Of a DNA stretch of 64,000 nt, positions 9,723-19,738 are shown in pieces. The notes under the pieces are model-generated. The model was given only the letters and a program-made list of their open reading frames with translations. It was not told the origin of the DNA and ran no database searches. The stretch's first letter is position 1. Each line of letters opens with the position of its first letter. The position numbers and the translations under genes are program-made. The stretch covers positions 1 through 64,000 of the IMG/VR virus record IMGVR_UViG_3300017917_002374, one strand, 5' to 3'.

Positions 9723-10508
9723 ATGAATCATTTTTATGAATCCATATATGGTTGGAGTCATTATCTAATGCCCTGGTACAAGTACATAGTACCATTGTTG
9801 CCTGATAATCCGCAGGTGGTAGAGGTTGGCTGCTGGCACGGTCGTAGCACAGCATGTTTAGCAGTAGAATTAATTAATCATAAGCAAACTTTTAATCTCT
9901 GGGCAGTGGATCATTGGCTAGGTTGTAATGAACCATTTTATTTTCAAAACATCATTCTTGAAGAACTAGCAGAAGATCAGCCTTACAAAATATTCTTAAA
10001 AAACATGGAACCTGTAGTCGATCAACTGAACATCATTAGAGAGACCAGTGTACGAGCAGCAGAACAATTTGAGGATAACAGTTTGGATCTTGTGATACTA
10101 GACGACGACCATGTGCAGGAGGCTGTGGCAAATTCTATCATGGCTTGGTGGCCCAAATTAAAACCAAATGGAATACTATGTGGTGATGATCATGACAGTA
10201 ATTACCCTGGCGTGATAAATGGAGTAAGAAACATGTTTGGCAGCGATCCAGGCAGCTATGCTATCTATACCTATCTAGGCTTCGCTGAAATAGAAAGCAC
10301 CGGAGTGTGGGTGGTACAAAAAACTCCAGACAGACAATTATTAGATCAATCCTTGCCAGAAGATTTTTGGCAATATAAGATTCCTTACAAATCCAACGAT
10401 CACGTTGAACACGAATCAGAAATCATTTGTCAAGATTGCTCTAGCAAAGAAGAAAAAATTATTCCAATTAGTCGCTTGCAAAATCCAAAGAAACATAGTA
10501 TAATTTAA
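9723..10508 (+). CDS. Class I SAM-dependent methyltransferase (Methyltransf_24-like)
   Basis: VVEVGCWHGRS, SLDLVILDDDH, LKPNGILCGDD. Confidence 0.85.
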   Translation: MNHFYESIYGWSHYLMPWYKYIVPLLPDNPQVVEVGCWHGRSTACLAVELINHKQTFNLWAVDHWLGCNEPFYFQNIILEELAEDQPYKIFLKNMEPVVDQLNIIRETSVRAAEQFEDNSLDLVILDDDHVQEAVANSIMAWWPKLKPNGILCGDDHDSNYPGVINGVRNMFGSDPGSYAIYTYLGFAEIESTGVWVVQKTPDRQLLDQSLPEDFWQYKIPYKSNDHVEHESEIICQDCSSKEEKIIPISRLQNPKKHSII

Positions 10509-10532
10509 AATCTTACACCAATAAATAGATCT

Positions 10533-12524
10533 ATGTTTTTTGGATATCTCATTCTTTTAATTGCCATTCTTATTTCGGCGATAGCGGCATACTACTCTGT
10601 GGTAGGACTCACAGCGATATTTGCTGCGGCAGTGCTGCCCGTAATGATCATGGGCGGCGCACTAGAAGCCGGCAAGATTGTGGCCACAGTATGGTTACAC
10701 AATAACTGGCAACGCATAGGATGGGCATTCAAAACCTATCTAGTGCCTGCTATCGTATTTCTCATGCTGCTCACCAGCATGGGTATCTTTGGATTCCTTA
10801 GCAAAGCACACAGTGACCAAGGACTGGTCAGTGGTGACAGTCAAGCCAAACTGGCCATATATGATGAAAAAATTAAAACCTCTCGTGATAACATCGAAAC
10901 CAACCGCAAGGCTCTTAAACAAATGGATGAGGCTGTGGACCAAATCATGGGTCGCAGTACAGATGAAAAGGGAGCCGATAAGGCAGTGGCAGTGCGCCGG
11001 AATCAACAAAAGGAACGTACTAGGCTCCTTGCTGAAATTGACGCCGAGCAGAAAAAGATTGCTCGCCTTAACGAAGAAGCAGCGCCAATACGAGCAGAGA
11101 ATAGAAAGATTGAAGCCGAGGTAGGCCCAATCAAATATATCGCTGCACTGATCTATGGTGACAATCCTGATGCCAATCTACTGGAAGCAGCAGTGCGCTG
11201 GGTGATCATATTGATTGTGATTGTGTTTGATCCTTTGGCACTAACCTTGATTCTAGCTGGTAACAAACAACTGGAGTGGGCTCGCGAAGATCGTCGTAAA
11301 CAAGATCAAGAGTTTGATGAGAAGTATGTGGAAATACCCACAGAGCCAGCCAAGGAGTTTAGCCTATTCCAGTGGACCAAGCCAGAAGAAATTCCTCCTG
11401 AAGAAGAAAAGTCTGTTGAAGTGGCACAAAATGTACAAGACACGCCACCACCTCCGGAGGATCTTGGGTTGTGTCCAAAATGTGATACGCCTATACAGTC
11501 AGCACCGGGTATCGGCCCATTCTGCCCTAATAAAGACTGCGATGTAGTAGATGGGTTAGAACAGGCTAGAAAAGAATTGGCAGACAAAGAACAAGAAGAA
11601 TTTTTCTTCCGCAGCCGCATGATTGCCAAAGGCCTGGACGCAGAAGAACAAGAACGCATGATCACTGAAGCCAACACTGCTTTGGCGGCTATTGGCGATC
11701 AAGACTATGACATTGAGTCTGTGGTAGAACAAGCAGAAAAAATCAATGCCTACGAACAACAGATTGCCGGTCTAGCAGAAGAAAAAGAAAATCTAGCAAT
11801 TGAAAAAAACAAATTGCAAGAAGCACTGGATCTGTTGGCAGTGGAATTTGAAAGAGTAAACAACCACCTGCCTGATGTAGAAGTGTATAGAAACCAACTA
11901 GAACAGCAGGTGGCGCAACTGTCGGCTGAAAAATACATCATTGAACGAGAACTGGTTAGCACAAAAGAAACTCTTGAGTCCACAGTGCAAAGACAACAGG
12001 AACTAGAACAGTTTTTGGACACACTGCCTCCTCAATTGGATCAGCTGGAGACAGTAAAAACTCAACTGCAAACTGAAATTCAAAGTCTGTTGACTGACAA
12101 TCGTCAGTTGAGAGAATGGGTGGATCAACTGGAAAAAGATCTTAAAGAAGCAGTTGAACTAGCACAGCAAAAAACCCAAGCACTGGCACAAGTTCAAGAA
12201 CCGCAGGTGGCTGTGACAGCCGACAACGATGACGGCACTCCCAATGACACCAAGGCAACTTTTGGTACAGAATTTCCTAAAAATCAAAAGAAAGGTGATC
12301 TTTTTCTAAGAGTGGATTATTTGCCCAGCAGACTGTTCAAGTGGAACGGAACCAAGTGGATTGAGATTGATAGAGATCAAACCGATCGCTATGCCTATGA
12401 CAGCGCATATATAAGAATGCTGGTAGAAAAACTGCAATCAGGCGAATATGATATTGATGATTTAAACGAACTAGAAAGATCACAAGTAAGCACATATCTA
12501 AACGATCCTCGTACGGATGCATAG
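10533..12524 (+). CDS. Multi-pass membrane protein with coiled coils and a C4 zinc ribbon
   Basis: N-terminal TM helices, further TM near aa 225, CPKC...CPNKDC, long heptad region. Confidence 0.7.
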   Translation: MFFGYLILLIAILISAIAAYYSVVGLTAIFAAAVLPVMIMGGALEAGKIVATVWLHNNWQRIGWAFKTYLVPAIVFLMLLTSMGIFGFLSKAHSDQGLVSGDSQAKLAIYDEKIKTSRDNIETNRKALKQMDEAVDQIMGRSTDEKGADKAVAVRRNQQKERTRLLAEIDAEQKKIARLNEEAAPIRAENRKIEAEVGPIKYIAALIYGDNPDANLLEAAVRWVIILIVIVFDPLALTLILAGNKQLEWAREDRRKQDQEFDEKYVEIPTEPAKEFSLFQWTKPEEIPPEEEKSVEVAQNVQDTPPPPEDLGLCPKCDTPIQSAPGIGPFCPNKDCDVVDGLEQARKELADKEQEEFFFRSRMIAKGLDAEEQERMITEANTALAAIGDQDYDIESVVEQAEKINAYEQQIAGLAEEKENLAIEKNKLQEALDLLAVEFERVNNHLPDVEVYRNQLEQQVAQLSAEKYIIERELVSTKETLESTVQRQQELEQFLDTLPPQLDQLETVKTQLQTEIQSLLTDNRQLREWVDQLEKDLKEAVELAQQKTQALAQVQEPQVAVTADNDDGTPNDTKATFGTEFPKNQKKGDLFLRVDYLPSRLFKWNGTKWIEIDRDQTDRYAYDSAYIRMLVEKLQSGEYDIDDLNELERSQVSTYLNDPRTDA

Positions 12525-12873
12525 CAATTTTATTACTCCACCAGATTTCGTTGACAACAACTTACCAACTATATTGGTAGTTGATGCTGCTTGGGATGAT
12601 ATAGAAACTCTAGCATTGTATTGTCAAAATTCAAATTATCTTTATAATGTGTATATCTATCAAGATGTGATGTTCGATACCGAATGGCTGCAACAAGCTG
12701 CACTAAGATCACATGCCATAATCATGAACTCAGATCAAAGTGCATGCACCAACGAAAAAAATAAATTTTTGAAAGAATCTAAAACTTGGTATTACGGTCC
12801 TAATCGTTATCTAGGCAACAACAATCAGTTGCAATCTTTGATTGAATTTTTTATAAAACATAATGAACAATAA
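12517..12873 (+). CDS. Hypothetical protein
   Basis: Overlapping packing with both neighbours. Confidence 0.6.
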   Translation: MHSNFITPPDFVDNNLPTILVVDAAWDDIETLALYCQNSNYLYNVYIYQDVMFDTEWLQQAALRSHAIIMNSDQSACTNEKNKFLKESKTWYYGPNRYLGNNNQLQSLIEFFIKHNEQ

Positions 12874-14071
12874 TGTACACCATGTGCTGTGCAATTTTTG
12901 TGGTAAAAGTCGCAGCGAAGTAGACAAACTTATCGTGGCCAATGACGCCGGTATATGCAACGAGTGTATTGAGTTTTGTGCAGATCTCTTGAATCGCGAA
13001 CGTATCAAAAATATTCAATCTGATAAGAAAATTTCAAGATCACTTGATGCAGTCAAACTCAAGAACTATCTTGATGAGTATATTATTGGTCAAGAGCAGG
13101 CCAAGATAGCTCTAGCAGTGGCAGTGGTCAATCACTACAAAAGAATTTATTTTCAACCCGACATAGAACTAGAAAAAAGCAATCTGCTGATATATGGTCC
13201 TACTGGTGTTGGTAAAACCATGCTGGCAAAAACTGTAGCCAAATATCTAAATGTGCCATTTGTGATTGCTGATGCTACCACTCTTACTCAGGCAGGATAT
13301 GTAGGCGATGATGTTGAAAGTGTGATTTCAAGATTGTTTAGCGAAGCAGATTTTGACATTGACAAGTGCCAACAGGGCATAGTGTTTATTGACGAAATTG
13401 ATAAAATCAGTAGAAAAAATGAAAGCAGTAATCTGCACCGTGATGTAGGCGGCGAGGGTGTGCAACAGGCCCTGCTCAAGCTGGTCGAAGGTACCAAATG
13501 CACTGTGAGTGTGGAGTCAAGAAAAAAACACCCCAGTGTTGATACTGTGGAAATAGACACAAAAAATATTCTTTTTGTTGCAGGTGGAGCATTTGACGGG
13601 CTGGAAAAAGTGGTATCCGCTAGAGCCAAAGGCAACAGCATAGGATTTACATCTCAGGCTGTGGAAAATTCTTCTGGCCAGGTGTTGGCCGAAGATTTTA
13701 TCAACTACGGCATGATTCCTGAATTTATAGGCAGATTTCCTGTTACAGTAAGTGTTAATGCACTGGGACTAGAAGATCTAACAAGAGTGCTAGTTGAACC
13801 TAAAAGTAGTTTACTGCAACAAATGCAGTGGTATTTCAACACCGATGACATTGAGTTAGAGTTTGAAGATCAAGCAGTTCTAGCTATTGCACAACAGGCT
13901 CTGGACAGAGGAATTGGAGCAAGAGGACTTAAAACCATTTTAGAGCAGTGTCTTATGCCTGTTATGTATTCTTTGAACGAACTGAAAACTCAAGGTATAA
14001 GTAAAGTGAGGATTACTAAAAAAGTAATTACAGAAAATCAAAAACCGGAATTTATTAAACATGAGAGATAA
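12863..14071 (+). CDS. clpX: ClpX AAA+ unfoldase
   Basis: CNFC/CNEC zinc domain, GPTGVGKT, GYVG pore loop, DEIDK, RKKHP, IGF loop, GARGL. Confidence 0.96.
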   Translation: MNNNVHHVLCNFCGKSRSEVDKLIVANDAGICNECIEFCADLLNRERIKNIQSDKKISRSLDAVKLKNYLDEYIIGQEQAKIALAVAVVNHYKRIYFQPDIELEKSNLLIYGPTGVGKTMLAKTVAKYLNVPFVIADATTLTQAGYVGDDVESVISRLFSEADFDIDKCQQGIVFIDEIDKISRKNESSNLHRDVGGEGVQQALLKLVEGTKCTVSVESRKKHPSVDTVEIDTKNILFVAGGAFDGLEKVVSARAKGNSIGFTSQAVENSSGQVLAEDFINYGMIPEFIGRFPVTVSVNALGLEDLTRVLVEPKSSLLQQMQWYFNTDDIELEFEDQAVLAIAQQALDRGIGARGLKTILEQCLMPVMYSLNELKTQGISKVRITKKVITENQKPEFIKHER

Positions 14072-14297
14072 ACCACCTTTTTTAAATGGATCCATTGTTG
14101 TGGTTGTAAACGACAACGTGGAAAAAGCTCTGCGCAAGCTGAAAAAGAAAGTGCAAGAAAGCGGCATTCTTCAAGAGTTGCGTGAAAGAGAACAGTACGA
14201 AAAACCAACCACTTCTAGAAAACGAGCCAAAAACGCAGCACGTCGTCGTTGGCAGAAAAAACTGGAAAGCGAGCAGTTGCCTAAAAAACTGTTCTAA
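14061..14297 (+). CDS. rpsU: Ribosomal protein bS21
   Basis: VEKALRKLKKKVQESGIL.ELRERE.YEKPT. Confidence 0.93.
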   Translation: MRDKPPFLNGSIVVVVNDNVEKALRKLKKKVQESGILQELREREQYEKPTTSRKRAKNAARRRWQKKLESEQLPKKLF

Positions 14298-14548
14298 TGT
14301 ATATTGAATTTTGGTTGCCCAGCGGTGCAGGAGGTGTTGCTGCTTCGTATGCTAGCAGTGTGATACAACGAGAGATCAAGTCCTGGGCATCAAAATACAA
14401 TGTGGTCTACCGAACCAAGATAGTAAAGTACACTCTTAGACTATCGTTCAATAACAGTGAAGACTATGTGCATTTCCAGTTGAGCTGGAATCCTGACAAT
14501 GTTTTTGCCACTCGTTACTCCATTATAGAACCTGGCCAAATAAATTGA
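14297..14548 (+). CDS. Hypothetical protein
   Basis: TAATG coupling to rpsU. Confidence 0.55.
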   Translation: MYIEFWLPSGAGGVAASYASSVIQREIKSWASKYNVVYRTKIVKYTLRLSFNNSEDYVHFQLSWNPDNVFATRYSIIEPGQIN

Positions 14549-14603
14549 CTTTTGAGAGTCAATCATGTATAAATACACATGTAAGATGCCTACGGGGTCT
14601 TGC
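14545..14603 (+). promoter_or_regulatory. Composite early/late promoter and structured leader of hsp20
   Basis: TTGACT(14545)-17-TATAAA with full TATAAATA (14568); hairpin with c(UACG)g loop at 14581-14603. Confidence 0.6.
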
Positions 14604-14637
14604 AAGCCAATTACTTGCTTATTGAAAGGAGAAAAAA

Positions 14638-15075
14638 ATGGCTACTATTCTAACTCTAGATCTACCTACGCTGCATCGTCGTTTTATTGGTTTTGATCAA
14701 TTCTTTGACGAAATAGAGCGTACATTTAATGTGCAAAAACAAGACAACTATCCTCCTCATAACATAGTGCGTATCAATGACACACATTTCATGATTGAAT
14801 TAGCTGTGGCAGGATTCGCCGAGGACGAGTTAGATGTTAGTTTGTACAACAATAAATTGATTGTTAAAGGCGAACGCAAGCGAGACATTGATGAAGCTTG
14901 GCAGTATCTACACCGAGGTATTGCCAGTAGAGACTTTGAACGCAGCTTTCCTCTTAACGAAAATGTTGAAGTCAAACAGGTTACTGTGCAAAATGGTATC
15001 ATGACTATTAATTTGGAATTGGTTGTTCCTGAGGAACAAAAAGCCAAAAAGATAGCAATTACCTTTGCCAAGTAA
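14638..15075 (+). CDS. Small heat-shock protein Hsp20 (IbpA-like)
   Basis: IGFD, NYPPHNI, ELAVAGF, YLHRGIASRDFERSF, NGIMTINL. Confidence 0.95.
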   Translation: MATILTLDLPTLHRRFIGFDQFFDEIERTFNVQKQDNYPPHNIVRINDTHFMIELAVAGFAEDELDVSLYNNKLIVKGERKRDIDEAWQYLHRGIASRDFERSFPLNENVEVKQVTVQNGIMTINLELVVPEEQKAKKIAITFAK

Positions 15076-15122
15076 TATAATAGTGGGTGCAACATCGCAC
15101 CCACTATATCAAAGAGGAAACA

Positions 15123-15446
15123 ATGGGAAACGCAGATACTTTGACCAAAACACAAAGCAGTCTTAAAATTGAACCAAAATTAAATATTCCTGAACCACGG
15201 TTATGGAAAGTGATTTTTATCAATGATGAAATCACTACCATGGAATTTATCATAGAAGTTCTAAAAAACATATTTGATTACGACGAAGATCAAGCTCAGA
15301 ACATGACCATGAGAATACACCAAGAGGGTGCAGGTGTAATCGCAATTTATCCGCATGAAATCGCAGAACAAAAAGGTATTGAAACCACTTTGCTTGCAAG
15401 AAACAATGGATTCCCACTACAGGTTAAACTAGAACCAGAAGGATAA
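15123..15446 (+). CDS. clpS: ClpS N-end-rule adaptor
   Basis: WKVIFINDEITTMEFI, IHQEG, EIAEQK, GFPL. Confidence 0.92.
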   Translation: MGNADTLTKTQSSLKIEPKLNIPEPRLWKVIFINDEITTMEFIIEVLKNIFDYDEDQAQNMTMRIHQEGAGVIAIYPHEIAEQKGIETTLLARNNGFPLQVKLEPEG

Positions 15447-15448
15447 TC

Positions 15449-16006
15449 ATGGATGTAATGTTGGACTTAGAAACTCTAAGCACAAGACCCGAAAGCGTTA
15501 TTCTTACCATTGGTGCAGTAAAATTTGATCCTTGGGGCGAGGATGTGGATGCAGAACACGGACTTTACTTTCGTGTGAACGTTGATCAACAACTTGCTCT
15601 CGGGCGTCATGTGCAAGAAGAAACTATACAGTGGTGGAGTAAACAACCAGCAGAAGTTTTTGAAGAAGCCATGGGCGAAAATGATCGTGTGGGTTTAGAA
15701 GATATGACTGCTGGACTCAATCGTTTTCTAGTAGGAGTAAACAACATCTGGTGCCAAGGTCCTGCATTTGATATTGTGATTCTAGAAAATCTTTACAGAC
15801 AATTGGTCAAGCCCACTCCCTGGCAGTTTTGGCAAATTCGCGACAGTCGTACACTGTTTGGTGTACACGGCGATCCAAGAGAAAAAGATCGTAAGGCAGC
15901 ACATAATGCACTCATGGACTGTTACTATCAAGCCATTGGTGTACAGCAGATATATAAACAGGCAAAAGTGCCCAACCCCAAGGAGAGAGCTTATGCCCAT
16001 GTATGA
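15449..16006 (+). CDS. DEDDh 3'-5' exonuclease (DexA/Rv2179c-like)
   Basis: MLDLETL, FDIVIL, RDSRT, HNALMD. Confidence 0.9.
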   Translation: MDVMLDLETLSTRPESVILTIGAVKFDPWGEDVDAEHGLYFRVNVDQQLALGRHVQEETIQWWSKQPAEVFEEAMGENDRVGLEDMTAGLNRFLVGVNNIWCQGPAFDIVILENLYRQLVKPTPWQFWQIRDSRTLFGVHGDPREKDRKAAHNALMDCYYQAIGVQQIYKQAKVPNPKERAYAHV

Positions 16007-16211
16007 AGACAGCATAATAGAGAAACTGGAAGAATTAGCCAGTTTGATACGAGTATTAGACACACGAATTCAATTTGTGCAGCAGGACATAGAAGAACTG
16101 AAACAAGGTGAACTAACTGCTATAAAATTGTGTGTTGAACAGTTGGCTCAAAAACAGTTAGAAGAAGTTCATGATAACACAGCCAAACGATGGACTGTAG
16201 AAAGACTATAA
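15999..16211 (+). CDS. Small coiled-coil hypothetical protein
   Basis: Fills the gap between neighbours; start uncertain. Confidence 0.45.
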   Translation: MYEDSIIEKLEELASLIRVLDTRIQFVQQDIEELKQGELTAIKLCVEQLAQKQLEEVHDNTAKRWTVERL

Positions 16212-16546
16212 TGCAAATAGTATTTGGAAAAGAAACAGTAGAGCAACTGAAAGAAAAATACACTGTGTTGGAACTGGAAAAAATTTCCACACCAAGTGGA
16301 ACTCTTGAACCATATTGCGTGATTCCTGTTGAACAGATTGCTCTTAATCTGTCACACATTGAGCATGATATTCAACTACACGAGAAGTTTGTTCAAGCTA
16401 TTAAAGACAATGATGTAAAATTGTGTTTGGATCTGCATGAACATCTTGTTGGTAAATTTGGTGGCGAACTAGACAGCTTTTACGACATTGTAACACAACG
16501 TTGCCGAGACACTGGCAGCGCACAATTGGTACTACCGCAGCAGTAA
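16211..16546 (+). CDS. Hypothetical protein
   Basis: Coupled ORF (TAATG). Confidence 0.6.
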   Translation: MQIVFGKETVEQLKEKYTVLELEKISTPSGTLEPYCVIPVEQIALNLSHIEHDIQLHEKFVQAIKDNDVKLCLDLHEHLVGKFGGELDSFYDIVTQRCRDTGSAQLVLPQQ

Positions 16547-16624
16547 TCATAAACATATTACATTTAGATTACAAGTCATGAAATATATACTGTATGGGTA
16601 GATTTGACTGCCCAGGGGTGTTTC

Positions 16625-16966
16625 ATGAAAAATTTACTAGCTGCCATCTTACTGGCCACTCTAGCCACGGCAGCTAACGCAGAGCCAAGACCTAGAAAAA
16701 TTCAAATGATGTGTGGCAGCTTTGAGGATGTTGAAGCTACCATGAACAAATACGGCGAAAAAATGGTTATTGCCACACAAGCGCCTAACGAGCAAACAGT
16801 TAACATGCTGTATGCGAATTTTGAAACACAAACTTCCAGCTGGTTTATTCATGACCTACAAACCGATGAGTACTGTATGGTTGGTGTAGGAAAAGCTGTG
16901 TATATACCAGATGATAGTGCCCTACAAAAAGGCACCGGAGTTGGATTAAAAGTAACTTACAAATAA
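16625..16966 (+). CDS. Secreted hypothetical protein
   Basis: Signal peptide MKNLLAAILLATLATAANA. Confidence 0.65.
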   Translation: MKNLLAAILLATLATAANAEPRPRKIQMMCGSFEDVEATMNKYGEKMVIATQAPNEQTVNMLYANFETQTSSWFIHDLQTDEYCMVGVGKAVYIPDDSALQKGTGVGLKVTYK

Positions 16967-16989
16967 GCCTGGAAATTCCAGGCTTTTTT
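16965..16989 (+). terminator. Rho-independent terminator
   Basis: aagcctgga-aat-tccaggctt followed by T run. Confidence 0.75.
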
Positions 16990-17009
16990 ATGATCATAAG
17001 GAGCATGCC

Positions 17010-17087
17010 ATGAGCTGGTTTTCACATAGACCCAAACGAAATCCACCAACTCCACCGCAGCCCACACATCCTCCGCACAGAATGTAA
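17010..17087 (+). CDS. 25-aa proline-rich peptide MSWFSHRPKRNPPTPPQPTHPPHRM (not in ORF track)
   Basis: SD aaggag 6 nt before ATG; 8 of 25 residues are Pro. Confidence 0.55.
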   Translation: MSWFSHRPKRNPPTPPQPTHPPHRM

Positions 17088-17152
17088 ATAAATACTGTTG
17101 TTTTCAACGATTCCTGCCCTTCAAAATAATAACAAAATGGAATCAATGAGTC

Positions 17153-17929
17153 ATGGATCCGTTAACACTGTTTGCACTGGCAAATGGCGCGGTCAAACTT
17201 GTAAAGGAAGGCTGTAAACTTTACAAGGACATAAAAGGAGCTGCCGGGGACATTAAAGATGTACTCGCAGATCTTGATGACCAATTTCACAACAAATTCC
17301 GAGATCGTGCTCCTACTGTCGCGGAAAAAAATCAGTTCATCACTGAAAAAAATCGCATAATTGAACTTAACAAAAAGGCCGGCGACACTACCAACATCTA
17401 CACAGAAATTGGTCAGCAGTTGGGTGCATACTTTGACAACTACTACAAGTGCAAGGCTATATTTGAAGAAGAAGAACGACGTAGTAAAACAGAAGTATAC
17501 CACGGCGAAGATAGTATAGGCAAACGTGCATTACAACGTGTTTTGCTAAAAAAACAGCTTCAGCACATGGGCGAAGAACTGCGTGAAATCATGGTCTATA
17601 ACAGTCCGCCAGAACTGGGTGCTTTATGGACTGAAGTAGACGAAATGATGCAAAAAGTTGGCAAGGAGCAAGCAGGTGCTATTGCCATACAAATGAGAGC
17701 AGATGCTGAAGCTAAAAAACGAGCCTATCGTCGTAGAAAGAAAATACAGTACAAGATCATGTGCTGGACTATGAGCACTGTGGGTGTGTTATATTTGGTA
17801 TGGTTGATCTGGGCAGTGGTACAAGTGCGCATAGAAAAATATCCTGAACTAGGCGTGTGTTTGCTGCCCAAAGGAACACCTGGGTATAATTTTTATAATA
17901 ATTTAAAATGGGTAGACTGCGATAAGTAA
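17153..17929 (+). CDS. Helical hypothetical protein with C-terminal TM
   Basis: 258 aa; TAAATA upstream. Confidence 0.65.
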   Translation: MDPLTLFALANGAVKLVKEGCKLYKDIKGAAGDIKDVLADLDDQFHNKFRDRAPTVAEKNQFITEKNRIIELNKKAGDTTNIYTEIGQQLGAYFDNYYKCKAIFEEEERRSKTEVYHGEDSIGKRALQRVLLKKQLQHMGEELREIMVYNSPPELGALWTEVDEMMQKVGKEQAGAIAIQMRADAEAKKRAYRRRKKIQYKIMCWTMSTVGVLYLVWLIWAVVQVRIEKYPELGVCLLPKGTPGYNFYNNLKWVDCDK

Positions 17930-18126
17930 ACTTACAGAGATTGCTTATGCCAATTTTTATTAATTTTTTTAGTTTTTGGATATTGATGACCTGGACCTTG
18001 CATCGCGGTGATCCAATTGGCGCAGTGTTAACTATAATTACTTTCCTCATAATGCATGGTTTCTGCGAAGAACTTGTAGACAACAGCACTGGTTTATCAT
18101 AGTATTAGACTTTTTTGACAAGCAGA

Positions 18127-18954
18127 ATGATGCGAAAACTACTAGCCTTCTTTTTACTTTTTTGTACACAAGCAGCGGCTGCCCCTTTAACTGCAAAAAG
18201 CTGGTTGGTCACAGATGGCGAAGGAAATTTCATAGCCGGCGAAAACATGTTTGATGTTAGAAGCATTGCCAGTGTTACCAAGCTGATGACCGTGGTTACC
18301 ATACTGGACAGCAAGCTAGAACTAGACAGTCCACTCAATATCAAACTTACCACTTATAGTAAAAAAAATCGCAAGGTCAAATCCAGTCCTTACGACAATA
18401 CTACTAGACGCCAGTTGATTGATCTAGCCATGGTACGCAGTGACAATAATGCTGCACGTTTGTTATGTACCACTTATCCCACAGGATACGATGGTTGTAT
18501 AAGAGACATGAATATCAAGGCACGCAGTTTGGGCATGATCAACAGTGTGTTTTATGATCCTACAGGGCTAGATGATAGAAACAACAGTACCGCCAAGGAT
18601 CTGGTTCTTCTGGTACAATCTGGACACTTGCACCCAGAAGTTGTGTCCGCCAGTCAAAAAAGCAAAATACAAATCAAGATCAAAAAACGCTGGTTTTTAG
18701 GAAGAAATACCAATCCCTTGATTGGTACCAAACATGACATTCAAGTGAGCAAAACCGGTTGGACCACTCGAGCCGGTGGGTGTATTGTGATGCTCATGGA
18801 TACAGATCGCGGTCGCCGCATAGTGATAGTGTTGGGCAGTCGCAGTATCAAAACCAGAATTCCCGAAGCAGAATTTATTTCAACAATTGAAGGTTCTCCT
18901 GAAGAAAAACTACAACAACAAGAACCTTCAAACTTGTGGCGCCGGTGGTTTTAG
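18127..18954 (+). CDS. Peptidase S11 D-Ala-D-Ala carboxy/endopeptidase (PBP7-like)
   Basis: Signal peptide; SVTK (SxxK), SDN (SxN), KTG. Confidence 0.92.
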   Translation: MMRKLLAFFLLFCTQAAAAPLTAKSWLVTDGEGNFIAGENMFDVRSIASVTKLMTVVTILDSKLELDSPLNIKLTTYSKKNRKVKSSPYDNTTRRQLIDLAMVRSDNNAARLLCTTYPTGYDGCIRDMNIKARSLGMINSVFYDPTGLDDRNNSTAKDLVLLVQSGHLHPEVVSASQKSKIQIKIKKRWFLGRNTNPLIGTKHDIQVSKTGWTTRAGGCIVMLMDTDRGRRIVIVLGSRSIKTRIPEAEFISTIEGSPEEKLQQQEPSNLWRRWF

Positions 18955-19009
18955 TTTGCTCACCCATAATTCTTTGAACCCTATATAAATATTATTAACG
19001 AGGAGCATC

Positions 19010-19735
19010 ATGGGGTTTTTAGAATATTCTGACATCAGTTTTAGAGCATTTTCATCTAGTACAAAAAAACAAGATATCATACAGCGCAAAAACAGCATTC
19101 TAGATGAAGTACATCGGCATCATAGAATGACTCCGCAATCAATATTATTTGTGGGATTTAATCCTGCACTGTTTGGATCTACAGTATCTGATATCTATGT
19201 TACAGAAGTTGACGACGAAGCGTTGGCCTACATCCAGTCTCAAAACGCACAAGTTAAATTTGTGAGCATAGACAATCTTTTCAACTACGAAAAACATTTT
19301 GATGTAATTGTAGCACTAGAAGAGTTCTTTACTTTTAGCGACAGCGAAAACAATCAAAAAGTTCAATTTGAAATGATTTGTCGCGCCAGTAAAAAACTAG
19401 TGATAACTACACTTAGGGACTATAAAAATCAAGAATTCAAAGATAGAGAATTTAGCATTCCTGCTGTGATCAAAAACGATGACAGCACTAATGTGTATCT
19501 TGAATATCATGATTATGATGCAACAGATCGTAACGCATGGTGCAGAGTGGTGTACGAAGTAGAAGGCAGAACATTGACCTACAACGGACCTTTTGAATGC
19601 AGAAACATGTATTTTAAGCAGTGTGCAAAATTTGGCTATGACATGGGAGCCAAAGAATTCTTGATACATAAGAACATCATGTACAAGAGTTTGATCAAAA
19701 AGAATTATGAACATGTGATTTCAATTTTATTCTAA
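19010..19735 (+). CDS. Methyltransferase-like fold protein
   Basis: SILFVG, FDVIVA pattern with degenerate SAM motif; TATAAATA and SD upstream. Confidence 0.45.
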   Translation: MGFLEYSDISFRAFSSSTKKQDIIQRKNSILDEVHRHHRMTPQSILFVGFNPALFGSTVSDIYVTEVDDEALAYIQSQNAQVKFVSIDNLFNYEKHFDVIVALEEFFTFSDSENNQKVQFEMICRASKKLVITTLRDYKNQEFKDREFSIPAVIKNDDSTNVYLEYHDYDATDRNAWCRVVYEVEGRTLTYNGPFECRNMYFKQCAKFGYDMGAKEFLIHKNIMYKSLIKKNYEHVISILF

Positions 19736-19738
19736 TAT

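Noticed and set aside
15080-15107. Hairpin between hsp20 and clpS as a terminator
   Set aside because: Strong 11-bp stem but no U tract; more likely a stabilising or processing structure
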